Below are positions 38,801 to 53,128 of a stretch of 64,000 nucleotides of DNA, piece after piece. This DNA comes from Eledone cirrhosa (Eukaryota): assembly GCA_964016885.1 (NCBI GenBank), contig OZ024742.1:272242001-272306000 (forward strand), given 5' to 3'. Below the pieces are notes generated by a model, which saw nothing but the letters and a program-made list of their open reading frames with translations, searched no databases and was not told the origin of the DNA. The translations under genes and the position numbers were made by a program. Every line of letters starts with the position of its first letter. The first letter of the stretch is position 1.

Positions 38801-41360
38801 TTTGACCATGTCCACATTGGCACATTAGGATAAAGCAGTATATACTTGTCAGACAATTCAAAACGTCTGATGAGGTTGTTGAGGCTTTTACACCCTCCTG
38901 GCCTGTCTACTAGCCCCACATAATCCCAGCGTGCATCTAAGAAACCGTTCCAGTCACCCACTAACACTAAATAACAGGTTGTCCTGCCCCTATTGAGGCG
39001 TAGACGGCTACTAGCCTGAAACATTGCCTTCGCTGCCGGTCACGTCCAGCACCACCGACATACCTTCTGGGTCCAGGAAGATGACCCGTATGGCGAGATC
39101 CAAGACTCCTCAAAAAAGCACGGCAACTCCTCCCTCCGATCCAGTACGGCTGGGAGATGCGTATACATCTTAGCCGACGAAGATCGCTGCGAAGGCTCGT
39201 GATTCGGAGAATCTGGTCACCCTGATGGCCACCACAACTATATTTAGTGACCTGAGATCATTGAACAAGTGACCCTGATTCAAAATTGATCCAAGGCCAC
39301 GAACATTTATACTGCCTGTTCTAAGTACGGTGATGTTAGATGAGAAGCGGGGTAAGAGAGAAAGGATTACTTACCTTGATCGTGTGGTGAAGGGACAGTA
39401 GAACCGTCCCTTTGGCTGGTCATGGGTGTTTCCAAGAGGATGTCGGTGTATATCCTCTCGGTAACCGACTCCCTGAAGTCTCCAACTGCGTTGGGGAATC
39501 TTTGTTTCAAAAGTTTGTAATGTTCGATTTTGATTTTAATGATGTTTATGTTTGTCGGGAGAGTTCTTGGTGTTGGTGGGGTGTAGTAGTTTTTTCTATG
39601 ATGTCTGTGTGCTGCTTTATATGTTGTAAGAGTTCTTTATTTGCCATGTTTGCGGCTGTGTATGTTTTGGGGGGAGGGGTGATTGTGTTGCTGTTTTTTC
39701 TCGTTGCTGTTGGGTGTGTGTGTTCCGTTGTGTTTGCGATGTTGGTGTTTTTGGTGATGCTGGTGGTGGTGTGGTTGTTGTTGGTGGTGATGCTTGTGGT
39801 GGTGATGGTGGTGGTGTTGCTGAAAGTCTCCTTGCAGCCTTTACTCCTCTTTGTCTGCCTTCGATTTTGGAGGGTGAAGCGAAGGGGTTTTTCTTTTTTT
39901 CTTTTTTTGTGGCATACCGTTTGCAACGTCCCTCACGCCTCATATACTCCATGTCAGATTCTGTGGTGTCTGGGAGTGGTAGTAACTCCACTGGTGTTGG
40001 TGTTGTTAGTGGAACCCGCTCCGGTGAGTTTGCCGCCGATGCAGCTACTGCGACTGTTGGTGTTGCCGCCACTGCTGTCGCTGCTTTAGTCGTCCGTTGT
40101 CTTGGTATGAGTGCCACAGACGTTGCCCTCCTATTCATCAAGGAAGGGTCTTCTCTCTCTCTTGTCTGCCCTGCTCTTAGTAGCAGCGGATCAGGCTTCG
40201 GAAAGAGGGGGGCTTTCTTCTTGGCTATCTTCTACGGGCAGAAGGCACTGAGATGACCCTTCTCCCCACAGCGATATGACTTTGGGCGCCTTCCTACCAC
40301 GCCTATAGGGATTTGGAGCCCTTCTTCGAGGTCTATGATGTCTGGGATGTCCTCAATGCACTCCTGGTCAGTCTGTATTAGCATGTGAATGTCTATTCCT
40401 CACCAGTTCTCTCTTCCCATTCTCTGTATTTGCAGTATGATGGTCTCTCCTAGATTTCAGCCAAGGTATTGGCACGTCGGGCGTCAATTTGACCATCACA
40501 ATTTTCTGCCCGCAGTTAGAAGGCACCAAGACTATCGCCCTCATTCTTTAGGGTTTCCAAAGTCTGAGACTTCGCCACTTGGGGGGTGGCGAAAAATAGT
40601 CTACTGCGGCGTACTTTTTGCCTCGGGTGATGTGGATTTTGCGCTCCAAAACGCACCCAAGACCTTTGGGATTTGATCCTCCGTGGCTCTTTCCTCCCGA
40701 TGTGACATTTTGCTTACGGTACGGTAAGTCACCGTGCGCAGCTGCTGGTCTTTGAAGAAATCGGGTGGAGGTTCCAGGGAAATTCTATTGTCGTTTCTCG
40801 ACACCATGGCTCTTGCGACTGCCCTCCCCTCCTCTGTGACTAGCACTGTCTCTATATTTCAGGCCACACCTGCGAAAGATGTTGGTTGTGTTTCTGGTGC
40901 CACCTTTGTTGTTGTTTTCGGTGCAATTTGTATAGTTGCTGTTGGTGTTTTCGATGTTTATTTTCTTGTTAGTGGTGTTAATATCGTTGTTGCAGTTGTT
41001 GTCATTTTTTCCTGTTGTCTGTATTTTGGTTGACGCTGTTATTGTTGTAGTTGGTGTGTTAATTTTTTTCAAAATTAGTGTTCTCAGTGTTGTTGACTTT
41101 GTTCACGTTGTTTGTGGTGGTGTCTGTTGTATGAATTTCACTAACCCTCCTCTCAACTGTTACGCCGTTGTCACACAACAGCAGACTTATTGCTGGGGTC
41201 GTGGCTCAGGCTTTTATTTTTGATATATATATTTTTTTAAAGTAAAAGGCTCAAATATTATACTTTCCCCTTCACAGATCAAAGTCTAAGGGTTTATATC
41301 ACTTACACAACAACAAATATTTAACAACAAATAATTTTAACAGGCAAATATAGCGACTTA
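35897..41360 (-). mobile_element. Tx1/L1-type LINE copy D, decayed
   Basis: Minus-strand remnants of ORF1 (RTVTYRTV), APE (VGDWNG) and RT (RPITLLN, AYADD). AATAAA and (TTA)n mark the 3' end. The 5' boundary is approximate. Confidence 0.87.
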
Positions 41361-41965
41361 GGATGATGATGTTATATTTGTCTGTGTGGCTACATTACTA
41401 AAACGGGATTTGAGGTTCTCTTCTCATTTACCTGTTACACATTAATCGATTTTCTCTTAATCATTTTTACTTTACTTTATTCATTTTATTATTAATACCA
41501 CAATCAACGTGCCAGATACTGAACTTCGCACCCCACCCTTCGTACCATGTGTCGTTAGTGGTTGTAGTCGACAACAATGCGAACACATCCAGAAATATTA
41601 ACATCACACATGGAACAACGACCGGACAACTAAATCCGCTTTATGTATGCATACAGCATCCATTTTATATAGCACTCTTAATTGGTAATATAGGCGTTGA
41701 TGGCGATACAAAATTCACTACTAAAATTCTGTTCAGTGTCATCCCTCTTATCTTTCCACTCATATCCATTAATTTTTCATTTTTTTAATTTTATTTTAAT
41801 TTATTACAACTGTCACTATCCTCACAATTATCATCATTATTATTACGATAATGTCAGCCGTTGTGGCAAATAAATAAAACCGTTTTATAATATTATTTTT
41901 GTCATTACTTTCAGTAACCATTTCAACCTTTCTTACCTCTTACCGTTTTTACCATTTTATTTAAG

Positions 41966-42023
<58 letters not shown>

Positions 42024-42578
42024 GGAAAAATGAAACGAAATTTCATTTCCCACTCTTAGTACGGCTGTTACTTAAATATAATTATCTACACGTACATACA
42101 TATATCTATACAGACGTACAGTAGTATGTATATATATATACATACATGCACACATATATATATATGTACGTATGGATTCACCGAACATTTATTATAATTT
42201 TCGGTGTGTTTGTAAACAAACATCCCGTATTAAGCCGTAGTGTCCAGCAACCATCGTTGCTCGTTTGTTCAACACTGACAAAGGAACGGTGTACTAGTTT
42301 CAAGCTTATTAGCTATCGTCAGCAACGTATATGTTCCTGCCAGATTGTTGAACGTATATACTTACCTTATGCATATTAACGGCTGAGTAGCCCAATTTGC
42401 ATATCGAGTGGGTTAATCGGCCGGGTGCACCGAACACGATAAACGGAAAATATATATATATGTATATATATAAGCAAGATGTATGGTAGGTCGTACGTAA
42501 ATCGCGATGATCACGCCTGACCTAGCAAATATGGGAAGGTAGCTAGTTAAGCTCTATGCGTATAAGCAGAGCAGAAAT

Positions 42579-42702
42579 ATTAAGGAAAAAGAACAAAGGA
42601 ACTTTTATGACATTATAACAAGTTATAATGTCTTAAAAGTTGTTATAATGTCATAAACTTGTTATAATGTCATAAACGTTCCTTTGTTCTTTTTTCTTAA
42701 TA
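42579..42702. mobile_element. Short palindromic MITE-like element between TA-rich flanks
   Basis: ttaaggaaaaagaacaaaggaac...atgacattataacaag versus cttgttataatgtcat...gttcctttgttcttttttcttaa, with internal tandem ttgttataatgtcat repeats. Confidence 0.7.
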
Positions 42703-42726
42703 TATATATATATATATATATATATT

Positions 42727-42759
<33 letters not shown>

Positions 42760-42764
42760 GTTGT

Positions 42765-45700
42765 TATTCCTTGAATCTCAGTCATTGATGTTGGTTAACT
42801 GGAAAGTCCGTTGGATTGAATATCAAGCCACTACCTGCAGCCTCAGATATTCAGGACGTATCGGAGGGTTCTTGCTGTTCCAAGCAAGCATGCCTTTTGA
42901 AACGTTCCAAAAAGCGTGAAGGGGCCGATTTTCTTTAACCATCCCTGGAAACTTTTGGAGATAGTCCCCAGTGCGCCTATGACAATCGGGATCACTTTGA
43001 CTTCATGGCAGTTCCAAATCCTTTTCACCTCCCACTTTAGGTCCTGGTATCGGTTAATGTTCTCCCTCTCCTTCTCTTGCACTCTCGTGTCGAACGGGCA
43101 GGCCACATCCACAATCAGACACGATCTTTTTTCTTTGTCCACAACCACCAGGTCAGGTCTATTGTGTTCCAGCTTTTTGTCCGTCTGTATCCTAAAATCC
43201 CACAGCACCTTCACCTGATTGTTCTCCATCACCGCCTCTGGCCTATGCTCATACCATTTCTCAGAATGTGGTAAATTGTTTACTTTGCACAGGTGCCAGT
43301 GGATCACCCTGCCCATCACATCGTGTCACCAGCCCTTATAGTGGGTCTGGGCTAGGTGTTTACACTCGGACACAATGTGAGCCACAGTCTCCTCTCTCTC
43401 TCTCCACAGATCCTGCACAGTGGGCTAGCCTCCTCCTTGTAAATATGGTGCTTCAACCACTTCGTTTTGAGGGCCTGCTCCTGCGCAGCCATTAGCATTC
43501 CTTCTGTAGCCTTTTTGAGGTCTCCTCTTCTCAACCAGTTCCATGTCTGTGGATCTCTAAATTCAGTTTTCTCAAAGAAGGTACTATGAAGGGATTTTCC
43601 CTTAAGGCTGCTCTTCCTCCTTGATGTTATTTCCTCCTTGGACATCCCCTGGCCTACTGTCCCCTCCTTCAGTACAGTTCTGAGCATTGGCTCCTTACTA
43701 TAGGTCACGTATTTGTATAGTTTGTTTTTCTCCATTTGAACACAGTCCTCTATGCTGATAAGACCTCTTCCACCCTCAGATCTCCTTAGGTAGAGTCTAT
43801 CGACATCACTCCTCTTGTGGAACATGTTGTAGATAGTCAATAGCTTCCTAGTCTTCCTATCCATTTCTTTTTGTTCAGCAACATTCCATCTCAGAATTCC
43901 CGCACTGTACCTAATAATAGACACAGCTCGGGAATTTACTGCGCTTATGGCATTTCTGCTGTTCAGATGTGACTTCAATACGCTCCTTACTCTCCGAATT
44001 TATTCAGTTCTTAACAATTCCTTCATTGTTTTGTTCTTTATGCCATCAGCCTCCAGAACGCCCAAATACTTGTATCCTTCCTCAGAGTCAATTTCCTTTA
44101 TCATCTCACCTGTTGGTATCTGGATCCCGTTACTTCTGCTCAACCTACCCCTCCTCATCACAATGACTCCACATTTACCAATACCAAACTGCATACATAT
44201 ATCACTGCTGAAAATACGGACAGTGTCAACAAGCACATCCAACTCCTTCTCACTTTTCCCGAAGAGCTTAAGATCGTCCATGAAGAGGAGGTGATTGATG
44301 GTAAGCTCTCCCCTTCCCAACTTGTATCCTGCTCTCACTTTTCGCAGCATAATGGTCAAGGGCATCAGGGCAAGGACAAACAACAGAGGGGACAGGCTAT
44401 CTCCCTGGAAGATACCTCTCTTGATCTTCACGCTTCCCAAGGATACTCCAGTTGATGTCAACTCTGTCTCCCAGGACCCCATACTCCTGCCTAGCAACTG
44501 TCTCATGTTATCTGACACCCTGAAGATCTCCAGACTTTTGGTGATCCAAGAATGAGGCACCATGTCAAATGCCTTTCTGTAGTATATCCATCCCATGGCA
44601 AGATCAGTGTGTCTCCTCCTGCAATTCCCCATTACCATCTTATCAATAAGCAACTGGTCCTTTGTTCCACGTGACTTCTTTCGGCATCCTTTCTGTTCGT
44701 CCGGCAACAAGTTGTTTGTGTGGAGGTGATGGTAGATTTCCTCAGACACAATGCTCGTCAACAGTTTCCACATTACGGGCAGACATGTGATAGGTCTATA
44801 GTTGGTAACATCATTACCCTTGATTCGGTCTTTCATTATCAGAACTGTGGTACCTTTTGTCAACCACTCTGGCACCACACCCGACACCAAGCAGTCATTG
44901 AACATGGCCGTCAGCTTCGGGTGGAGGGATGTTAAATGTTTAATCCAATACCCCTGCACACCATCTGGGCCTGGTGATTTCCAGTTGGTTAGTTTTTTGG
45001 CTTGCCCCTTAAGAGTTTCAACTGTGATACTCAAATCAGTCTGTTGCTGTGCCTGCTCACCGATCTCCCTCTGTACTGTCTCAATCCACCCTGCCTGGGC
45101 ATCGTGTCTAACATCCTGCTCCCATATTCCTCTCCAGAATGTTTTAGCTTGTTCCGCCCCAGGGATCTAGTCGTTGCCTCTTTCTTTCCCCTCAAGCTGT
45201 CCAAACAGCATCTTCTGGTTGTTGTCGAACATGCGGTTCTGTTTATACTGACTGACTTTGTTCTCGTATCGCCTGATTTTGGCACTCTTTGCTACAATGC
45301 GTTGCTTCAATTCCTCTATGATAATATTTAGCTTTTTACTCCTAGTTTTGTATTTTATTTCCAGTCTATTTTTAGTGCCTATGTTTTTTAGTGTCCCATT
45401 CAGTAGTGACTCAAGCTTTCCTATGTCATTTCTCATTTCCCCGATTTGCCCACTCAGTCGCTTCTTCCACCACGGCTCTGCTCTTTCTTGTCTGTTGTTT
45501 CCTCTCGCTTTTATACCAAGTAGTTTCCTCACCGTATTTGCTGTTGCTTTGAGGATATTGTTGCACTGGTGAAGACTCCTCGCCTCAAGGTATGGGATGA
45601 CTTTGTTTACCTTAGCTGTTGTTTCTTTTAACTTTTTCCTGTCTACAAATCTTAGGTTCATAGGTCTCCCACTATCATTGTTCAACTCATCCACCACTAA

Positions 45701-47617
45701 ATTTAGGATGTCAACCGAATCTTGTCCTAGCCCGTCAGCATTCATCTCTTCAGTGGCCGTATCTCCGTTCCAGGTATTATTTATCTCAGTATTCAGATCA
45801 TTGTCTGCTTCGGGTGGTTCCTCCGTTCTCAGGACCTCCTCACCTTCATTTCCCGCCGGCTCGCTTGTCTGGCATACTACACCCGCCATCTCCAAGCCAT
45901 TCTCTCTGCTCAGTTCCTCCAGTTCCAGCTCGCTTATCCACCCATTAGTTCTTATTACCCGAGCCTGCCCGGCCAATTTTTGTTCATCTAATTTAAATAA
46001 ACCAATCTCGTTCCAGATGTTATGCATCCGTCTCCTGTAGCCCCTCTCCTTGGGGTTACTTTCCAGGTAGCATTGCATAACAGTTCTATTCAATTCTTTC
46101 GTCCAGTTGGTTCTGGCCCCTTTCCTTCTTCTTCTTCCTCCAACATCAGCAGTATTTGGTTGACAGTCAGGTTCCTGCTGCTGAGCCAGGGGGCACCTGT
46201 TGGGTGAGAGTCTGTCACATGACGTTCTAGTCTCCATTTCACCGTTATTCGAACTGTTTATGTTCGATATTTAAACACTCTTATCGAGGATTGGCGAATG
46301 TATGTTTACATAGCCATCTGTGGATCCGCCATCCCACTTGGCCCTTGTGTGGCATTATCACCACGCTGTATACGGACACACATAAACAAACAAACACACG
46401 GGCAGAAAGGGCCCCAAAAATGAATAAGCATAAGTTTCATTGTAATGTAGTATTCGAATGTCTGACTTAGTTTTTGTTTTTTAAGTTTTACTTTTTCCCC
46501 CCTCTTCTCTGTCCGTCCGCCTGCTTCTCTCTTCATTCTTATTTTCTTTACGTTTTTGGGTGTCTTTTTTTGTTTTTGTTTTTCTCTGTTTGTTTTTCTC
46601 GTTTTTTGCTGTTGTTGCTGTGCTGCTTTTGTTGTTTGTTTTTTCTTTTTTTCTTTTGAGTCTATCTATATATTTTGATGCATTCCTCTTTGTTAGTAGT
46701 AGGAATTCTATAATGTGGAAGTGGCAGCCAGCAGAGACTGGCGGCGTTGGCGATACTGAGACAGTGGTGGTGGTGATGTCGATACCGAGGCAGTGGTGGC
46801 GGTGATGCGACCGTATTACTGTAGTGATGGTGCTGTAGCGGTGGCAGCAGCAGTGAAGGAGTCAAGGGGTGGTGGCGGCGGTGATGGGATAGTGGTGGTA
46901 ATGATGGCCGTAGTGAGCGGTGGCGGTGAAGGTGAAAATGCTGTTGTGTTTAGTGTACACATATGATGGGGTGGGTGGTGTATCTAGTTTCTGGTGTTGG
47001 TGAGTTTCGCTGTCCTATATAGTGTAGCCAGAGGAGAGGAGGGGGGGGGGGGTTCTTATTCTTCCATTTATAGCCATTTTATTTTTTTTGGATATACAGT
47101 GTACAATACAAAGTTGAATATTTGAATATTTGAGTCGTATTACTGTAGTGATGGTGCCGTAGCGGTGGCAGCAGCAGTGAAGGAGTCAAGGGGTGGTGGC
47201 GGCGGTGATGGGATAGTGGTGGTAATGATGGCCGTAGTGAGCGGTGGCGGTGAAGGTGAAAATGCTGTTGTGTTTAGTGTACACAGATGATGGGGTGGGT
47301 GGTGTATCTAGTTTCTGGTGTTGGTGAGTTCAGCTGTCCTATATAGTGTAGCCAGAGGAGAGGAGGGGGGGGGTTCTTCTTCTTCCATTTATAGCCATTT
47401 TTTGGGGATATACAGTGTACAATACAAAGTTGAATATTTGAATATTTGAGCCTTATAACAATATATTTTGGGTCCGAATTTTTTTGGGGCTCAAGCCGGG
47501 TGCTTTACGTAGCATTTGTACTAAGAGTTGTTATTTCACAAATGATTTAAATATGTTAAAAATTCAAAACTTACGGGAGCGATTTCATGACCTCCGTCAC
47601 CTCGTGCGTCTTCTTCC
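42765..47617 (-). mobile_element. Full-length R4/Dong-type RLE retrotransposon, copy 2 (inverted relative to copy 1)
   Basis: Near-identical reverse complement of 24548-29400 including the 5' UTR monomers, flanked by (TTA)n on the + strand. Confidence 0.93.
42843..46237 (-). pseudogene. R4/Dong RT-RLE ORF of copy 2, inactivated
   Basis: Premature stops at 45167 (TTG>TAG) and 44000 (TAC>TAA), a frameshift in the GA run near 43395, and DYRKAFD changed to YYRKAFD. Confidence 0.88.
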
Positions 47618-47618
47618 C

Positions 47619-47686
<68 letters not shown>

Positions 47687-50600
47687 GTGGACGTATACAC
47701 GTCGAAGGACATTTGTCTCCCTTAATTTTATGTTTATGAACAGTTTTTATCGAGAACATATTGTAAAATATATATTGATGTGGTCGAATTTAATCGGTAT
47801 TTACCTCTCTTGGGCTAAATTTCAAATTAAACTTTGCATTTGGCAAATACACTAACAAAAAAAAAATAAGAATGTGGCGTCACTCAAAAGATCCCTTTCT
47901 CTACCATTTCTTCACTTAAAATTTCATTCCTCACTAAGCTGTCAACGTGGAGTCTCGCTTTCATTTTCGTCTTCTTAATTGTTACTTATTGTAAGTCAGG
48001 CAAAGGCCATTTTATCTTATTTTTCATCATGTGGCGGTCGAGAAGCAGCTGCTGCTGATGCATTTTGCAACAAAGGACGTAGTAGTACCAGCAGCAGTAG
48101 TACAAATAAAACTAGTGGTAGTAGTAGCCACAGTAGCAGCAACACCAACAACAGCGCCAAGAACAACACCAACTGCAACAACGACAACAATAAAAGCAAT
48201 ACAACCAACAAAAACAATACCAACGACATCAACAAGAACACATTCGCTGTGGCAGCAGCCAAGATACAGAGTACGTAGCGAGGGGTCAACAATGCGGCAC
48301 AATCTCCGTGCTCTTTATGTCGGAGGTCCTCGCTTTGAAACACTCGACGATGCTTTGCAAAACCAGCAAGGTTATTATGTACCCCTCCCACATAGGAAAA
48401 GGAACAAGTAGAGTCCGCATTCCCAGGATTCCACTTGGAATAGATATGTGGGGCTTTGGGATTCGTGATTGTGAAGGGGTCAGATGCCGTCCCAATAGAG
48501 GTAACCAGGACAGGAAGAGAGGACTGGTCCGGGTTGATCTGGAGAAGTATCTCCAGATCAAACCTAAAGAAATAAAGAAAATCCCGGAGCAGATCCGCCT
48601 CCATAACGAGACGACTCTATAAATGATGGCTGAAGACAAAAGGCCGCATGGTTTCGGTTGCGGCGAAAACACTCATTTGCGATCGTTCTGCCCTCAGCTG
48701 TTGAAAAAAGCAACGGGTCAAAAGTCTCCTTATTGCCGACCCCGGGGCCTAATCGCGAGACAACAACACCAACAACAAAATCTGCAGCAGCAACACCAGC
48801 AGAACCAACAGCAACTGCAAAGACCACCAAGACCACCCAGGGGCCACTCCAAAGAAGCTTTCCCGCTCCCCCCTCTCGAACTGACACACACACACACATT
48901 GAAACACACACACCCATACATGAACTGCCACTTACATCTGACACAAACACAGAAAACTCATTATCACTGAGCAAAGATGAGGAGGAGCACCAAAAGCCAA
49001 AAAAAAACAATGAAGAAGACACAAGAAGAAATCTCACACACCAATACACACAGCAAACAAAAAAGCCACATTTGCACCAAACACAGACACACACACTACA
49101 ACAATCCTGCAAAAAACACAGCCGTCAACACAAACACCATATCCACCAACAACTCTTACACTAACACAAACAACTAAACGAAAACACACACAGCAAATAC
49201 TTACGACCACAACACCTAACTTCGTGATAGTGAGGAAATCGAACATAAAACTACTGAACCTCATAACACGAAGTAAGGAAGTAGAGAAATAGGGGGAACG
49301 TTTAACAATTTTGTTGGTGCGAATGGCACTAAGCTATTATAAAACAATTAGGGAGAGCTTCCACAACGACGTGGGAATACCCAGTATAAAAGCCTCAAGT
49401 AGGCTTTTAAAGGGGTTCCCAAAAGAAACACCATCAACTATGGATGTATAACCACCCGCCCTTCACAGAGCCCAGGAGGTAAGTAAAGTTTTCCTCTCTC
49501 CTTTAGCCTGTCAAATAGGCCATATTAAGAGTAGGGTGTTTAAATTTGCTAGGCCTGGGATCGTCCTGGAAGCAGGGTCACCTGTTCAACGACCTCAGGT
49601 CTCTAGAAATGGAAATATTGCCGTCAGCGAGACCAGGTTTTCCGACACGCGCGCACTAGCCCCCATTTTCGACGACAATCAGATATTCGCATCTGTTAGT
49701 CAGCTGGGAATGGGGGGTGGGGTAGCATTGTTGTTTAGGAAAGGCCTGGATCCCGTGGTATGGTCGATCTTCCGGGAGACGGACGGCAAGTTGGTGATCC
49801 TGGACGTGAAAAATAGCGAAGGAGATGCCTTTAGACTAGTGGCCGTCTACGCCCCGTGGCAAAACGACCGGAATTCTTAAGACGCCTGAAAGCCTTTCTG
49901 GGTATGTCTCGCACTTTACTGTTAGCGGGGACTGGAACGGCATCTTAGATGCACGCTGGGACTGTGTGGGAGTATCCGATAGGAGCGAGGGGTGCAAAGG
50001 CCTGAAGTACGTGATCAGACAATTCCAAATGTCTGACAGCTACTCACTAGATTTCCCTCATGCGCCAGTGTGGACGTGGACAAATCGTTTAGGGACATTT
50101 AGATCGTACTTAGATAGGTTTCTAATTGGATTAGTGGATAGGGTGTCCACAATTACACACAGTCGCCTATTCAGATCACAAATTTGTAATCTGTATGGTA
50201 GACCTAGATAAGACGCGTAGGTTAGGAATGGTTACTGGAAGATGAACTTGTCGTTTCCGGCACGTAAGGCTTACAGGGACCGGGTCAATGATTTAGTTAA
50301 GAAAAGGTTGACTAGGGTAGTCGTAAACAATACATGGTGGGGGGCTCTCAAAAGAGAGATTAGAGTAATATCGATAGGTTTTAGCAAAGAAAAAGCGTTA
50401 GAGAAAAAGAGAACGGAGGGGGAGCTGGCAGATAAGATATGCCAGGTTATTTGTAGTGGCATGCAACTGACGTGCTAGTGGCGAGAATTCGAATTAGATC
50501 ATTTCTTCAATGCGAAACACGAAGGCTGCATTGTCAGAGCTAAGGCGTCGCTTGCTCTGAGAAACGAGGGAACTAAAGCTGTTCGATGAGCCTGCGTTGC

Positions 50601-52560
50601 TGAGGCGCAGCGTGATAATAAAACCACAATTCTGTCGTTGACGGACCCAGACAGCCACGAGCTGAGGGATTCCAAGCGTATATTTGAGGGTAAGTGGCAG
50701 GTCAGAGACGGTGGCGGACTTCAGTTCCTACCTCGATGGTTTGCCGGAACTCTTGACGGCCAACGCTGAACGTCGCGAAAGGCCGAAGACTTCAGTCAAA
50801 ATTCAGGATGCCCATGTCGGCTGCACGAGGCGCAAGTTACCTGGTTTGCATCGTCTTCCCTACGAGTTTTACAGAAATATGCCAGATTATTTTCTCCGAT
50901 CTCCTCGAAGCGTTCTACTGCAACTGGAAGTAGAACGGGAGTATTCTCAGTTCTGTGAGACGGGGCGTAGTGACGCTGAAAGGAAAGACGAGAACAAGAG
51001 AGACACATTAGACAATGTCAGGCCCATAACTGTGCTCAACATAGAGTTCTAGATTTTGGCCAGGGTGTTAGCGAAGAGATTGGCGCTTGACGTCGCGGAT
51101 TTGCGCAATCCCAACCGTGTCATACACGACAACCTTCACCGGATCCGATACTTCATAGTGAGTGTAGGGTGTAAACCTGGCTTCGGTGGGGCTCTGATCA
51201 ATTTAGATCAATCGATAGCATTCGATAGTGTCGACCATCGGTACCTGGCGGCGGTCCTCAAGAGAGCTGTCTTCAGCCCCGTCTGCAGATGTTGGATCAC
51301 TGCAATGCACAGAATGGGTTCCGTGGAAGCTATCACCGAAAAGTCGGGCGGAGGTGCCAAACGCGTACATCGCGTCTGTCATCTACTTTAGCCTGATCGT
51401 CGTCCCTTGCCCACCTTTCGCCACGCAAACCTGGAACGGCTCCTCTACGTGGAAGGCTGGGCATACCGTGGCTAATTATGCGCAGACACGTGCTGAGACT
51501 GCGGCATCTCCAGATATTCTGCCTAAACGGTGAACAGGTGTGGTCGCCGTTTGTCAGACTGTCATTTCCGCAGCTCCTCTCTTTGACTGAGCTGCAGTCT
51601 TGGGCTAGGTAGAGACCGAGACTGGGTGAGTGGCATCTGAAATATTGCCAGGCACTCACTGCCATCTACCAGACGGGCAATGCGGTCACTGGTACATCCA
51701 CTCTCGAGTTCTATAGAGGATTAATGGTGGGCATGTGCGACGACGCACACGTAGAGGCTCTGGGCGTAGACGAAGTCGAACAAACAAGTCCGTTTCGGAG
51801 GTCTTTCGAGCCGGGGTCGTTGGATAATTTCCAACAATCCCTCGCTTGGCAGGGCTACCGGGGCGGCACTGCCGGTTAGAGATAAGATCTACAGACACGG
51901 AAATGCTGTCAGATGGACCTGCCTTAGATGCGCACTCAGCGACGAAACCATTCCACACGCACTTGTCCAGTGTCCCTGCATTACTGACTTGTGGAGTTAT
52001 GTCGAACAGCTGTTGTCGCGTGTCGGCCGGGTCAATAGTGAAGATCCACCCGCCGGAATATTTTGGACAGGTAGGGCAGGAAATGTTCCTCTCTCTGGTG
52101 GCAGTAGCTAAGGAGGTTGTATGGTGGACGAGATTGAAACGACTGAAGACAGACACTTTTCTCTTCGGCCAATCCCACATCAACTTTTTCACTTGGAAAG
52201 GAAAGTGAGGGTGGTGAGAGAAGTCCATTTGCTGAAAGTTGGGTGAATGTGGCGAGAATGGCCTGTATGAGTGGGCCTACTCTGATCATGTGCCTGTACG
52301 TGGGGGAATTTGAGGAGGAGAGAAGTGCCCTTCTCGTGTGCTCTCGAAGCGTCGGACCGTACAGGATTGGAGGGGTTCCTGGGTGAACACTGGGTGATCC
52401 CCCCCCCCCCAATTAGGGAATTTGCGTTGTTGTATTTGTTATTTTGTTATTGTTACTTATAGTTATTACAAGTTTATATGTAAACCCCCACTGTCCCTGT
52501 ATTTTGTATTGTCCCCTATATGTCCCCTCTATGTCGGCCCTTGTGGCCAATAAATGAAAC
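47687..52560 (+). mobile_element. Tx1/L1-type LINE copy E, decayed with an internal RT deletion
   Basis: It starts directly after (TTA)n. Remnants include the ORF1 knuckle (FGCGENTHLRSFC), APE (AVSETR, SYLDRF) and RT (RPITVLN, DQSIAFD). The 3' end is ccttgtggccAATAAA followed by (TTA)n. Confidence 0.87.
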
Positions 52561-52593
52561 TATTATTATTATTATTATTTATGCCTTTTTTAA

Positions 52594-52779
52594 GGGCGGT
52601 GGATTGGCAGTATCGGTAGAGGGTCGGACGCCATGCTTTGCAGCATAGTTACGTCCCTTTACGGGCTGAGTTCAAATCCCGCCGAGGTAAACTTTGCCTT
52701 TCATTCTTACGGGGTTGATAAAATAAAGTACCAGTAATGCACTGGTTAATTGCTGGCTTTGTGCCTAAAAGTAGAAACA
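52594..52779 (+). mobile_element. tRNA-derived SINE, copy 1, with an 18 bp target-site duplication
   Basis: A-box-like tggcagtatcgg and B box gagttcaaatccc. The TSD attatttatgcctttttt is at 52574-52591 and 52780-52797. Confidence 0.85.
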
Positions 52780-52928
52780 ATTATTTATGCCTTTTTTTTC
52801 TTTTTCGTTTCTTATATAAATAATAACAATCTTTACACGCACACAACCCACATAGTACCGTCCTCTACCATCCTGTACCGTCTGTAATGTTTTTCTTGAT
52901 GTCAACCCTTGTGGCCAATAAATAAATC
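52780..52928 (+). mobile_element. Short 3'-UTR fragment of a copy-D-type Tx1 LINE
   Basis: Matches the reverse complement of ~35897-36035 and ends in gtggccaataaataaa followed by (TTA)n. Confidence 0.8.
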
Positions 52929-52944
52929 ATTATTATTATTATTA

Positions 52945-53128
52945 GGGCGGTGAATTGGCAGTATCAGTAGAGGGTTGGACGCCATATTGGATGCATAGTT
53001 ACGTCCCGTTACTGTCTGAGTTCAAATCCCGTCGAGGTTAACTTTGCATTTCATCCTTATGGGGTCGATAAAATAAAGTACCTGTAATGTACTGGGTATT
53101 TGCTGGCCTTGTTCCAAAAGTAGAAACA
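52945..53128 (+). mobile_element. tRNA-derived SINE, copy 2, in a (TTA)n array
   Basis: Similar to 52594-52779 throughout, with B box gagttcaaatccc. Confidence 0.85.

Noticed and set aside
52594-52690. tRNA gene
   Set aside because: A and B boxes are present but there is no cloverleaf, and the sequence continues into a repeated SINE body.
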